A DNA stretch of 28,924 nt. Source: Vitrella brassicaformis CCMP3155 (Eukaryota > Protista > Chromerida). The notes under the pieces were generated by a model. It saw nothing but the letters and a program-made list of their open reading frames with translations. It was not told the DNA's origin and made no database searches. The DNA lies in NCBI GenBank assembly GCA_001179505.1, contig CDMY01000703.1, positions 1 through 28,924 on the forward strand, read 5' to 3'. Shown piece after piece: positions 11,507 to 21,457 of this stretch (position 1 is its first letter; every line of letters starts with the position of its first letter). The translations under genes were made by a program, and so were the position numbers.

Positions 11507-11951
11507 CATACACATGCATATACATTGTTTAAATGCGTATCTTCATTTGATGCCCCTCCCCTCTCCCTTCCTACCTATTTACACATCCATTCATACACAA
11601 ATCTGTACACATACACAGGCAGACAGAGCCAAATATACCAATACGTACACACAAAGAGTACCAACCTGTATGTACGACCATATATTGACTTTCGTGACCC
11701 ACTTGGCCCTACAGACACCTATAATCCCTCACTTAACACCAACAGCCTCATCAACCAACTCGAATGCTCTACGGGGGGAAACATTATAAGAACCGCACAG
11801 TGATGCAATACAGCCAGTCATCTGAGGAGGAGAAGGACAAATGGTGGAGGTCAATGAACGCAGGAGAGAGCGAAAGAGGATCCTAACCAGTTGCCCAACG
11901 CGAGGGGCTTTAATGACGTCCACATTTTTCAAACATGTGAAGCAACAGTAG

Positions 11952-12205
11952 GCCCATCGACTACAAGTGTATGCATTGCTTACATCTATCCATTGTGTAC
12001 CAGACTAGATTGCTATGTTAAGTGCGACATGGCTCCATTTGTAAGATATAATGACAACATTTCCCTTTCATCCTCATCTGACAAGACGACTCATCGCATC
12101 CTCATGCTGATGACATTATCGTTTACTGCATCAATTAGCTCTTCGATGGTGGGCAAACCATCTCTGCACATTGACTATTCGCTGAGACATGGACGTGCTA
12201 AGATG
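11952..12205. repeat. Diverged duplicate, copy 1 (pairs with 12917-13169)
   Basis: Shared blocks GCCCATCGACTACAA, ACAAGACGACTCATCGCATCCTCATGCTGATGACAT and CTCTTCGATGGTGGGCAAACCAT. Confidence 0.85.
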
Positions 12206-12256
12206 AGACCTATGGATTCTCCATGTGGGTGTGTAATCTCATCCAGGTGCAACGAG

Positions 12257-12556
12257 NNNNNNNNNNNNNNNNNNNNNNNNNNNNNNNNNNNNNNNNNNNN
12301 NNNNNNNNNNNNNNNNNNNNNNNNNNNNNNNNNNNNNNNNNNNNNNNNNNNNNNNNNNNNNNNNNNNNNNNNNNNNNNNNNNNNNNNNNNNNNNNNNNNN
12401 NNNNNNNNNNNNNNNNNNNNNNNNNNNNNNNNNNNNNNNNNNNNNNNNNNNNNNNNNNNNNNNNNNNNNNNNNNNNNNNNNNNNNNNNNNNNNNNNNNNN
12501 NNNNNNNNNNNNNNNNNNNNNNNNNNNNNNNNNNNNNNNNNNNNNNNNNNNNNNNN
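12257..12556. other. Assembly gap, 300 N
   Basis: Run of N. Confidence 1.
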
Positions 12557-12667
12557 GCGCATGGACCAGTCGACTTGGAGGGTATGTTCATGATGAATGC
12601 CTCTATGCGCACATTTACGTATGCATGCGTGGACTTGGAGAGTGTGTATGTGATGAATGTCTCTCTG
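12557..12667 (-). repeat. About two degenerate satellite units in reverse orientation
   Basis: GTCGACTTGGAG...ATGATGAATG and GTGGACTTGGAGAGTGTGTATGTGATGAATGTC match the reverse complement of the unit. Confidence 0.85.
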
Positions 12668-12916
12668 GAGAAGGATACGGCAGCCTGGGCAGGCGACGAG
12701 GGCGGCGGGTGTGCTGAGTCGGCGGCTGATCGGTGAAGGCTGCAGCGTGGGGGTTACCGCAGGTCCCCCGGCTCCCCAAATGTAGGAGGGAACGTGCGAT
12801 CGGTAGCCTGAGCGAGACGCACAACGCAATGCCGGCAACATTGGAGAGTGGCAAAGGCTTCCGGGGGTGGCCTCGCGACAGGGATGGCCACGCCGTCGTG
12901 TCATGGCCAACAGCAT

Positions 12917-13169
12917 GCCCATCGACTACAAACCTATATGTTGCTTACATCTATTCATTATATCCCTCATAGGCTGTTATATTCAGTGCGACACGGCTCC
13001 ATTTGTGAGATATACTAGCAACATTTCCCCTTCATCCTCATTTAACAAGACGACTCATCGCATCCTCATGCTGATGACATCATCGTGTACTTCTTCGATT
13101 ACCTCTTCGATGGTGGGCAAACCATTTCTGTACGTTGACTATTCGCTGAGCTATGGACATGCTAATATG
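12917..13169. repeat. Diverged duplicate, copy 2 (pairs with 11952-12205)
   Basis: Same shared blocks as copy 1; offset about 965. Confidence 0.85.
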
Positions 13170-13483
13170 TATTACCTATGTGTACGGGTGTGTTACGTCA
13201 TTTAGGTGCTACGAGAGAAGAATTGGAAGTGTTTTGATGTGATTGGATGAGACGCTGAGAGAATTCGTCAAATGGCTGATGGATTGGTTGAAGAAGAATA
13301 ATCTGTATGCTTCCACATGTCCATCCAAGTATTTCTTGTCTACACGTACATCCATGTAATCTCTGACTCACATCCGCTCCCTCATTATAACGGCTTAAGG
13401 GCCCCCTGATGGCGTGTATGTGTATGTATGGAAATGCGAAGAACGCACATACATCCTAACAGAAAACATCGCCAACCGATTCG

Positions 13484-13783
13484 NNNNNNNNNNNNNNNNN
13501 NNNNNNNNNNNNNNNNNNNNNNNNNNNNNNNNNNNNNNNNNNNNNNNNNNNNNNNNNNNNNNNNNNNNNNNNNNNNNNNNNNNNNNNNNNNNNNNNNNNN
13601 NNNNNNNNNNNNNNNNNNNNNNNNNNNNNNNNNNNNNNNNNNNNNNNNNNNNNNNNNNNNNNNNNNNNNNNNNNNNNNNNNNNNNNNNNNNNNNNNNNNN
13701 NNNNNNNNNNNNNNNNNNNNNNNNNNNNNNNNNNNNNNNNNNNNNNNNNNNNNNNNNNNNNNNNNNNNNNNNNNNNNNNNNNN
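13484..13783. other. Assembly gap, 300 N, with overlapping flanks
   Basis: ACAGAAAACATCGCCAACCGATTCG occurs on both sides (13459-13483 and 13785-13809). Confidence 0.95.
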
Positions 13784-14604
13784 TACAGAAAACATCGCCA
13801 ACCGATTCGACGAATGCAGCAAAAATACGCTGCGATGCTCGAATGCTTTTTTCTACACACCGTCCTCCACTTGCTATCCCCAGGCTCCCATCCGTCGACG
13901 AGAGGCAGTCGCTAACATCCGACGATGAAGTCTACGTCTTAAAACATGATACACTGTATGTATACAGGAATTCGTGCATAAATATGTCTAAGTCACCTTC
14001 CCTCCTTTCCTTCCCATCTCTCAGTCGATTCGAGTAACTGCCTTAATGTCCTATGCACCTAAAAAGGCCAGGTGCGTACGTACATCCTGCTGTAATTTAC
14101 ACACAGCGCCTTCTCCTCCCTCCTCCATCTTACCTACCATGATGCCATACATACACATCTCTAGCATCTACGATGTCTAACAAATGCTGAAGACGATCTC
14201 CAGCAGCCGACTCCCCATCTAAGATTGACACATATATCCAAAATTGACATAATGTGTATCTAAAGTGAAGGGCCCTCACTAACAAACCGTTGCCAGAAAA
14301 CTCCACGTACCAAGGCAAGAGTAAAAGAGAGCACAGTACAGTCCTTACACCTATAAATAAATCTGACTCTCCCCTCCCCTCCCCTCCCTTCTTCAATGAA
14401 ACACAAATAATACGTGAATTTAGGAAATGAACGCCAAAAGTCACAGTAAATCAACATACGTGCTATGGTGCTTAAACTCGAAAACTCACTTAAATCACAG
14501 TGACCGCTGCTCGCTCCACCGTTGCCCTTAGGTGAGGTACATTTGCACTTCACCATCAACGGCACACAGTCACTCACTTGTCTCTGAGTTCCTTCTCTGT
14601 CTTT

Positions 14605-14715
14605 CTCCGTGTGTCGTGTCATTTTTTGCGTGTGTCATTTTCTGTGTGTGTGTGTGCTCGGTGTGTGTGTGTGCCGTGTCATTTTTAGGGTTTTGTGTCG
14701 TTTTCGGTGTGCGTC
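14605..14715. repeat. GT-rich low-complexity tract with repeated GTGTCATTTT motif
   Basis: (GT)n runs and three GTGTCATTTT motifs. Confidence 0.7.
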
Positions 14716-15699
14716 TCATTGTCGGTACGTGCGATTGCAGCAGTCGATGTTTTCGTCCGTTGTATGCATCGGTGGATCTGTGGTTAGCTGAGGGGTGTTT
14801 TGTGTGGCCTGTGTGTTCGCCTAGCAACGTCGTTTCGCTCCCGACACTGGGGAGCGGAGAGGTGTCTATGAGCGACCATCCTGGACACACACATCTCGCT
14901 CATCTTTGAAGTGGGGCTGCTCCTGGCTGGCCAAACGTTTGCACCGACTGGATGCGTGAAGTTCTATATGTGTGGGTGCACCACCAGCATGACACGGACG
15001 TCACCAGGGGTGCTAGATGCTAACCCCAGATAGACTCCCGCCTTGGTGGCTTCCGTGTCGTGCTCGTGACTTCCACATGTACCGCCGTCTTCCGTCTCGC
15101 CTTTGCAGATCTGCCTGGCTGCGCGGGGCAGTCCCCCTTGCGTGCTTGTTTCATGTTTGCTCCTTTGTTTCTTGCGTGTTGAATGGACATTGGGACTCGG
15201 CCAGAGGCCACCCACCGCACCACCTAGGGCCTCGCGTGAAACCGCTGCTTCCGGTGAAACCGCAGTTCGGCGAGCTTTCCAAGAGGCAGATCTGGTGAGA
15301 AGCTGTCTTCCCTGAGCAGTCCGCGCCACTCAGTCGATATTATACCGCCTTTCACCTCAACAGCACCCATGCCACGCGTCACTCACCTCCAGGCTCCTGT
15401 TCAGCATCGAAGGCAGCCTGAGGCTGTTTACTCGAGGGGCTTGGGGTTCAGAGAGGCAGATGAGCTAGGAGAGGCCGTCAACCTCCTCATCAGTCGAGCA
15501 GCGAGGGCCGTCACATGCTTGGTCGACTCGCTTACCGCGCTGCTGGTCATCGTGCTTCATCTCGGTGGCGCAATGGTCGACAGCGACAACTCAATCACAT
15601 TAGGCGACCTCATCTTCCTCCCTGTGGACCTGCTGTATGCTGTGCTTGGCATTATTGGTGAGCCTGAGTGAAGGAGGGCCGGGAGACTGACTGGGCTAG

Positions 15700-16839
15700 C
15701 ATCTGTACTCCTGTGAGATCTGCATCCAGGCAAAAAGCACACAGCTGCCTCCTGCTGCTGACTGTGAGGAGTCGCCTGAGTGCACGCGACCTTTCGAATT
15801 GGTGCGCACAGACATCTGTGGCCCGATGCCGAACTCGTCGCCAGGCGGCTTTCAGTACTTCATCACGCACACGGATGAATACACCAAGATGGTGGCGGTG
15901 TACATGCTCAGAACCCGAAATGAGTCGGCAGCTGCGCTGAGGCGGCTGTGCGGCGAATGGGGCAAGACACCTGAAACAATCAGATCAGATTGGGCTCAAG
16001 AGCTCTCTGCTGGTTCGTTTGAGCAAGAGTGTATAGATAGGGGCATCAAACGTCAGTTTAGTGCGCCCTACACACCTCGTGAGAATGGTGTCGCCGAGCC
16101 AATGAACCGCACACTCTTGGAGAAAGGGACGGCCATACTCCTTCGTCATGGCATCACCACGGCCTTCTGGCCGTTTGCCATCGACACAGCGGCATATCTG
16201 AGGAACAGAATGCCAACGGAGAGCCTCTCAGAGGACAAAACGCCATATGAGATGTGGCATGGCCGCCGGCCTTACCTGGGCCATGTGCGTGTGTGGGGCT
16301 GTCTTGGCTATGTCCATGTGCGGAAGCCCTTCAGAGCACACAAGTTTGCGGCCAGGGCAGTTCCCATGCTGCTGATAGGCTACGATGGTCGAACCAAGGA
16401 TGCCTATCGCATGTGGAACCCCAAAACAAGACGCGTCATCATCTCGCGTGATGTTCGTTTCCTCGAGAAGCGCACCTGGCATCGACGGCTCGTGCCGGCC
16501 AGCTGGAAGGCCACCCATCGACTCGGTGAACCTCTCCAGGCCCGCCCTGAGCTTGTCGACGACCACGCGCAAAGAGGGGATGGACTGGCCGACTTAGCGC
16601 ACCAATCGGCTCGAAGAGGGGATGTGATAGTCAACCCTGAGAGCGACCCGATTGTTGCTGAGAAGCCAGAGATAAGAGATGTTGAGCCCGATGAGGTGGA
16701 GGAGATGGGTGACCTCGATCAGCAAGGCCATGTGCAGGCAGGCGGGGATGAGTCGTTCGATGGGCCGAGTGGGGCAGGCGACGTCCAAATGGACGGGCAG
16801 TCGAGAGCCAGCAACTCAGAGCACGACCACATGATGTAG
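15700..16839 (+). pseudogene. Copia integrase
   Basis: CEIC (CxxC of the HHCC finger), PFELVRTDICGP, IRSDWAQE, PYTPRENGVAE, FWPFAIDTAAYLRNR, TPYEMWHG, LIGYD...YRMW, ISRDVRF. Confidence 0.92.
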
Positions 16840-17339
16840 ATGGGATGGATGCCAACCCGGCATCAGGCCCAGCAGCCCCCCAGCCGAGCGATGCAGAGAT
16901 GGAACTCATGCCGATCGATGAGGGCGAGATGGCTCTCGACCGACGAGCACCACCAGCCCCTCCGCCATGGCGCTCTGGACGCGAAAAGCTGATACCACGA
17001 CGCTTGTACGAGGACCATCTATTCGATGTCCGTGCTGTGCAGGTCGGTGTGGTGAGTGGACCGGTTGTCGTACGTCTGTGTGGGGATAAGGAGACAGGAA
17101 GGGGCCGGGTGGATGCGAAGAGGGGAGGCGAGGGCTGCCATTGCCTGGCAGTGAAGGCCTCACGATGCATGTGCAATGCTGGAAGGACCTCTGACGCACC
17201 ACCAGACTGGTCACACCTGGTCACACAGCAGTCGAGACAGAGAAGTGCTGGCAAGAGACGCTCCCGTGGCCGTGCGGGTGGTCTACCTGACCTGTTTGTG
17301 AATGCATTCAGCGTCAAGGCAGGACCAATGGCCGACACC

Positions 17340-18586
17340 GTCTATCAGCCTAAAACATGTTAGGAAGCCCGCGAAGGGCCTGAGTGTGAGGGCTGGATAG
17401 AGGCAATGGACAAGGAGCATCAAGCCATGCACGATTTGGGTGTGTTTGAGTACGTCTTACGTGAGGAGGCGGATGGACGAGTGATCCAGGCCAAATGGGT
17501 CTTCAAACAGAAGCCCGACAGGAAGAAAGCGCGATTGGTCGCCAAAGGCTTCCAACAGCGGCTAAGACCTGACGAAGAGACGTATGCACCTACGATGTCT
17601 GGACAGGCTGTCCGTACCTTTCTGGCGGCTGTGTTGAAGAAAGGGTGGTCGATGCGTCAGCGGGACGTGAACACCGCTTTCCTCAACGCGCCACTGGACA
17701 CTCCTGTGTACATGGAGTGCCCAGAAGGATACGAGAAGCCTGGTCATGTCATTCGACTGCGGAAGGCCCTGTATGGGCTGAGGGCGGCGCCGAGAGCATG
17801 GAATCAGCTGCTGATACAGTCGCTGAGGGCCATGGGCTTCGAGCCACTCGACGCTGATCCCTGCATCTTCACACACAAGACACGACAGCTATGGTTGGGT
17901 GTGGTTGTCGATGACATTGTCTATGCTGGGTGCGATGCTGACCTCGATTGGTTCTTGGGAGGAAATCGGCCAACGATTTGCCATCAAGGATCTCGGCGAA
18001 GTCGACACCTTCGTAGGCATTAAGATCAAATACGACAAAGAGAAGGGAGAGATGACACTCTCGCAAGAGAAGTACATCTCTAGCCTGCTCACCAAGTTCC
18101 GAATGGAGCGAGCCAACCCAGCCATGACGCCGTTGCCACCAGNNNNNNNNNNNNNNNNNNNNNNNNNNNNNNNNNNNNNNNNNNNNNNNNNNNNNNNNNN
18201 NNNNNNNNNNNNNNNNNNNNNNNNNNNNNNNNNNNNNNNNNNNNNNNNNNNNNNNNNNNNNNNNNNNNNNNNNNNNNNNNNNNNNNNNNNNNNNNNNNNN
18301 NNNNNNNNNNNNNNNNNNNNNNNNNNNNNNNNNNNNNNNNNNNNNNNNNNNNNNNNNNNNNNNNNNNNNNNNNNNNNNNNNNNNNNNNNNNNNNNNNNNN
18401 NNNNNNNNNNNNNNNNNNNNNNNNNNNNNNNNNNNNNNNNNNGCAATCACAGTGAGACCAGACATTGCCTATGCATGCAAGGAACTGACCAAGTTCTTTT
18501 CGTGCTGGGGCAAGACTCACTTCAAGTATGCGTGCCATGTGCTTCGGTATCTGAAAGGGACCGCTGGGCGAGGATTGGTCTTCAAG
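17340..18586 (+). pseudogene. Copia reverse transcriptase (RVT_2-like), spans a gap
   Basis: W..AMDKE, KWVFKQK, KARLVAKGFQQ, ETYAP, QRDVNTAFLNA, LRKALYGLRAAPRAWN, VVDD, IKDLG, LSQEKY, RPDIAYA, VLRYLKGT. Confidence 0.92.
18143..18442. other. Assembly gap, 300 N, inside RT
   Basis: Run of N between TPLPP and AITVRPDI. Confidence 1.
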
Positions 18587-18805
18587 CGAAAGGCCACTGA
18601 CGATGTGTTGCATTGCCCCCATTGTGGTGTGCGCCATGAGGAGCCACCAGAAGGCAAGCACATCATCATGGCTGGCACGAGAAGAATCGATCTGCACAAA
18701 CCACACCGCATACACATATGCCATGAGTGCGGCAACCATTGGGATGAAGGCCGACCTACTCTTGGGCGCATACCTGGCCACGAAGATGACGAGAATACCG
18801 CGGCG

Positions 18806-19368
18806 CTCGTCGCCTATGCGGATGCGTCATGGGCCGACCAGGAGAACGCCAGGAGCACCGGTGGCTTCGTCATCCAGATGGATGGATGCCCGATCGCGTG
18901 GTCGAGCAGAACGCAGTCGATTGTGGCCCTGAGTAGCACAGAATCAGAGTACATCGCTGCAAGTGACTGCACTCGTGAGCTGCTGTACCTGATGCAAGTG
19001 ATGGAGGGGCTGGGCTTCAGGGTGCCACCCACAGTCCTGTATGGCGACAACGATGGTTGCATACAGAACATCAAGAACCATCAGGCCTCAAAGAAGACGA
19101 GGCATGTTGCTATCAAGTACCATCATGTGCGCACACTTACCAGGACGGGAAGATAAGGCCCGAGTACGTGCCGTCGAAGGAGAATGTTGCTGATCTCCTG
19201 ACGAAGTCGCTCCCTGCCTCACAGCACGCGAAGTTCACGTGCATGGTGACGAGAGGAGCCGACGCCATCACTCTCAGCAACGATGGGCTGACGACAGAAC
19301 CTGAAAGGCAGAAGAGAAAGCGTCAGACATCAAAGAGTGATAGCACAAAGAGGCGCAAGGTGGACTAG
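18806..19368 (+). pseudogene. Copia RNase H plus basic C-terminal extension
   Basis: YADASWA, RSTGG, IAWSSRTQSIVALSSTESEY, YGDN, KHVAIKYHHVR-like, 1-nt frameshift near 19138, ENVADLLTK. Stop at 19366-19368. Confidence 0.92.
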
Positions 19369-19606
19369 GGAAGCAGAGAGTCCCACAGTGCTGTGTAGTG
19401 TGTGTGACTGACCCATCGAGTGGGAGATAGACACACGAGGCACCGCTCCTGCTTCCAGATGGAACCGTTCATTGGTGGGTTGGCTCGGTTGCCGTCCTCC
19501 GACTGTCCAACAGCCGCACACGAATGGAAGAGCGAGCCAGAATCCAACCCCTGGGTTTGGGGTCCAGGGTTTGGCCTAGGGCTCCGAGATTCCTAGCGCT
19601 GTGTGC

Positions 19607-19615
19607 GAAGAGGGG
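19607..19615 (+). other. Polypurine tract (PPT)
   Basis: GAAGAGGGG immediately before TGTTGCGGAA; identical in the second copy. Confidence 0.8.
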
Positions 19616-19826
19616 TGTTGCGGAATGTGTACGCCCACAGCTGGACAGAGGCGTCTGTACACGGAGCGCATGTAGGCCCGTGGCCTAAGTAGATCCATAG
19701 ATCTGCCCAATCAGAGTCAGGGCGATCACTGCTTCACGTGCAAAAGACTCTTGCGTGTTCCGTGAAGGCTCCTTGTGCTTGGTGTGCGTTAGCCGATATC
19801 TCGCTTGACCACTGCGTTACGCAACT
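19616..19826 (+). repeat. 3' LTR, 211 bp, TGTTGCGGAA...TTACGCAACT
   Basis: Starts right after the PPT and has an imperfect terminal inverted repeat (8/10). The end is defined by loss of homology with the copy at 28338-28547. Confidence 0.85.
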
Positions 19827-20270
19827 ACATCGTCACTTCTAGTTTGGTGCGAGCTTGAAGGGTGCGATATTGGGTATCTCTCAGAGCGATCGCGGTGAAA
19901 TCCGAGTTGTGGGTCTGCTCTCGGAGAGGGCGGTCTCCGTCAGTCCTATCAGATTTGCGATCAGAGATACCATCCGGCTTCTGCATCTCTCTTGCAAACC
20001 AACATAATCCAGCGAAGAGCACGTCGGGTTGATCCTTCAGAGCGAACCAGCGTTTCGACTGCATCAAGTGGTCAAGCGACGAGATCCAGCAGGTATGATA
20101 TGAGCAGTAGCGCATCTTGGACACTGCAGGGAGGACCAAAACGGAGCGCCAGGCATCTCGTAAGTTGTTGAGATGTCATGCTTTCGTACTTTCTGCAGAT
20201 TCTTCTCCCTCCTGAACACCTCACCCCAGCCTTGCAGAGCCCAGCCGCCTACCGCGCGCCAGTCGCGAGG

Positions 20271-20492
20271 ATGACCCGAGGTTCATCGTCAGGTCGGCCG
20301 AGACTGAATTTCTTTCTTTTCGTTGTCGTTGCTTTGATGGCCGTGGCGGTACCTCATCATGCGGCCAACTATTGTGGAACCTCCTGGTCTAATGCCCAAT
20401 TCTTGTGCGACCGACAGTGCCCTTCCGGCAAGGATGCCCAGTGCGACATGGAGGCTGGTCAGAAATGCTACGCGGATATTCAATGCCCGTAG
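20271..20492 (+). CDS. Small putative secreted 6-cysteine peptide (73 aa)
   Basis: MTRGSSSGRPRLN-FFLFVVVALMAVAV (signal-peptide-like), then NYCGTSWSNAQFLCDRQCPSGKDAQCDMEAGQKCYADIQCP*. The start could lie upstream because there is an acceptor-like TTCTGCAG at about 20191-20198. Confidence 0.55.
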   Translation: MTRGSSSGRPRLNFFLFVVVALMAVAVPHHAANYCGTSWSNAQFLCDRQCPSGKDAQCDMEAGQKCYADIQCP

Positions 20493-21003
20493 CTGGGATG
20501 CGGTTTGTGGTTGAGGTGCATAGGTGGATGGCTCCATGGTTTTAGTTCTTCTGTGGGGGGCTTTTTTTTTGGGCAAATACCACCGACAGGACAGTGCGAC
20601 GTTTTACTGATGATCGAAGAAGAGGGGCCCAAACAGATAAGGGATGATGAGCGTGGTCAGTCAGCAGTGTACACAGCTTCTCACCAAAAACACTGTCTCT
20701 GACCCTATCGGTGGGGTACAAGACAAAACATCAAGCGAAATAATGACTTCGAGAGGTACAGGATGGTCAGTCACTTGGGGAGGAAGGGGGACCTCGCAGT
20801 GTGTGCCTTGGGTATAAGAATGAAGGAGGTGCATTCACACTTTAGAAGTACGGACCGAACAGACCAAAGCAAACGACGAGTACGACAGACTATATCATCT
20901 TTCCCCAAGCAAGGCAGACGCTAAAGTCAGAAGGCTAAGCAGGCTGGCGGTTTGGAGGAGGCGCAGCGCAAAGAGGAGCGCGAGGACTATCCCTGAAGCT
21001 CAC

Positions 21004-21393
21004 TTCCGCCTCCGCCGACCACCCAGCGAAGTGGATGGCAATGAAGGCGATGATCGCCAGAGAACTCAGAAAATCGATCACGTTCCCAAATGTTGGTGCC
21101 CACACATACCGACAGCACACAAATGGAGCCCCCAGCACGCAGCTTGACGCACCATGAGTCTTCCCAGTACGCTGCCTTCAGTCTGATGCCCTGCACACAT
21201 AGAGACGATGACACATGTTGTTGATCAGTGAGGTATGTCTTCTCTGATCTGTCGCACTTGGACGATCTCCATCAAGATGAAGCCACCTCCCGTCAGCACT
21301 GCGCCCCAGAGCCACACCGACGGCCACACCCACGCCATAATCATGCCGCTGTCTCCCTTGCTGGACTCGATGTGCAGCAGCACAAAGGCCACC
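21004..21393 (-). pseudogene. Three-exon fragment of a TRP-like / ion-transport channel (S2-S3 region)
   Basis: Exons 21393-21258, 21190-21153 and 21085-21004 splice to ...LWGAVLTGGGFILMEIVQ-GIRLKAAYWEDSW-NVIDFLSSLAIIAFIAIHFAGW. This matches the E..Q....YW.D.WN.ID pattern of TRP-type channels. One acceptor reads GG rather than AG. Confidence 0.55.
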
Positions 21394-21457
21394 CTGCGAC
21401 ACACAGACATGCCATGTGTCTCGCTGTCTTGATCGTTGTGATGGCTGCAGCCTCATT

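Larger units (their letters stand above)
15700..19826 (+). mobile_element. Ty1/Copia LTR retrotransposon, 5'-truncated (no 5' LTR or clear gag/protease), disrupted
   Basis: Domain order IN-RT-RNase H is diagnostic of Copia. PPT and 3' LTR are present. Frameshifts near 16840, 17958 and 19138; in-frame TAG at 17361-17363. Confidence 0.95.

Noticed and set aside
12040-13110. In-frame TGA shared by both duplicate copies on the minus strand (12091-12093 and 13055-13057; GLPTIEE...MRMR*VVL), suggesting recoding
   Set aside because: Manual comparison gave about 2 synonymous versus about 11 non-synonymous changes, so there is no sign of purifying selection. A pre-duplication stop or non-coding DNA is simpler.
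13200-13970. Exon-like scraps (LDETLREFVKWLMDWLKKNNL; LTSDDEVYVLKHDTL)
   Set aside because: Too short, interrupted by stops and a gap, and no recognisable family.
15180-15670. Possible Copia protease (WTL..DS..ATH) and pre-integrase (DLLYAVLGIIG) remnants
   Set aside because: They need several frameshifts and substitutions of key residues. The same DNA also reads as exon/intron-like on the minus strand, so it is not supportable.
19545-19575. GGGTTT-containing telomere-like words in the Copia 3' UTR
   Set aside because: Degenerate, non-tandem, and variable between the two copies.
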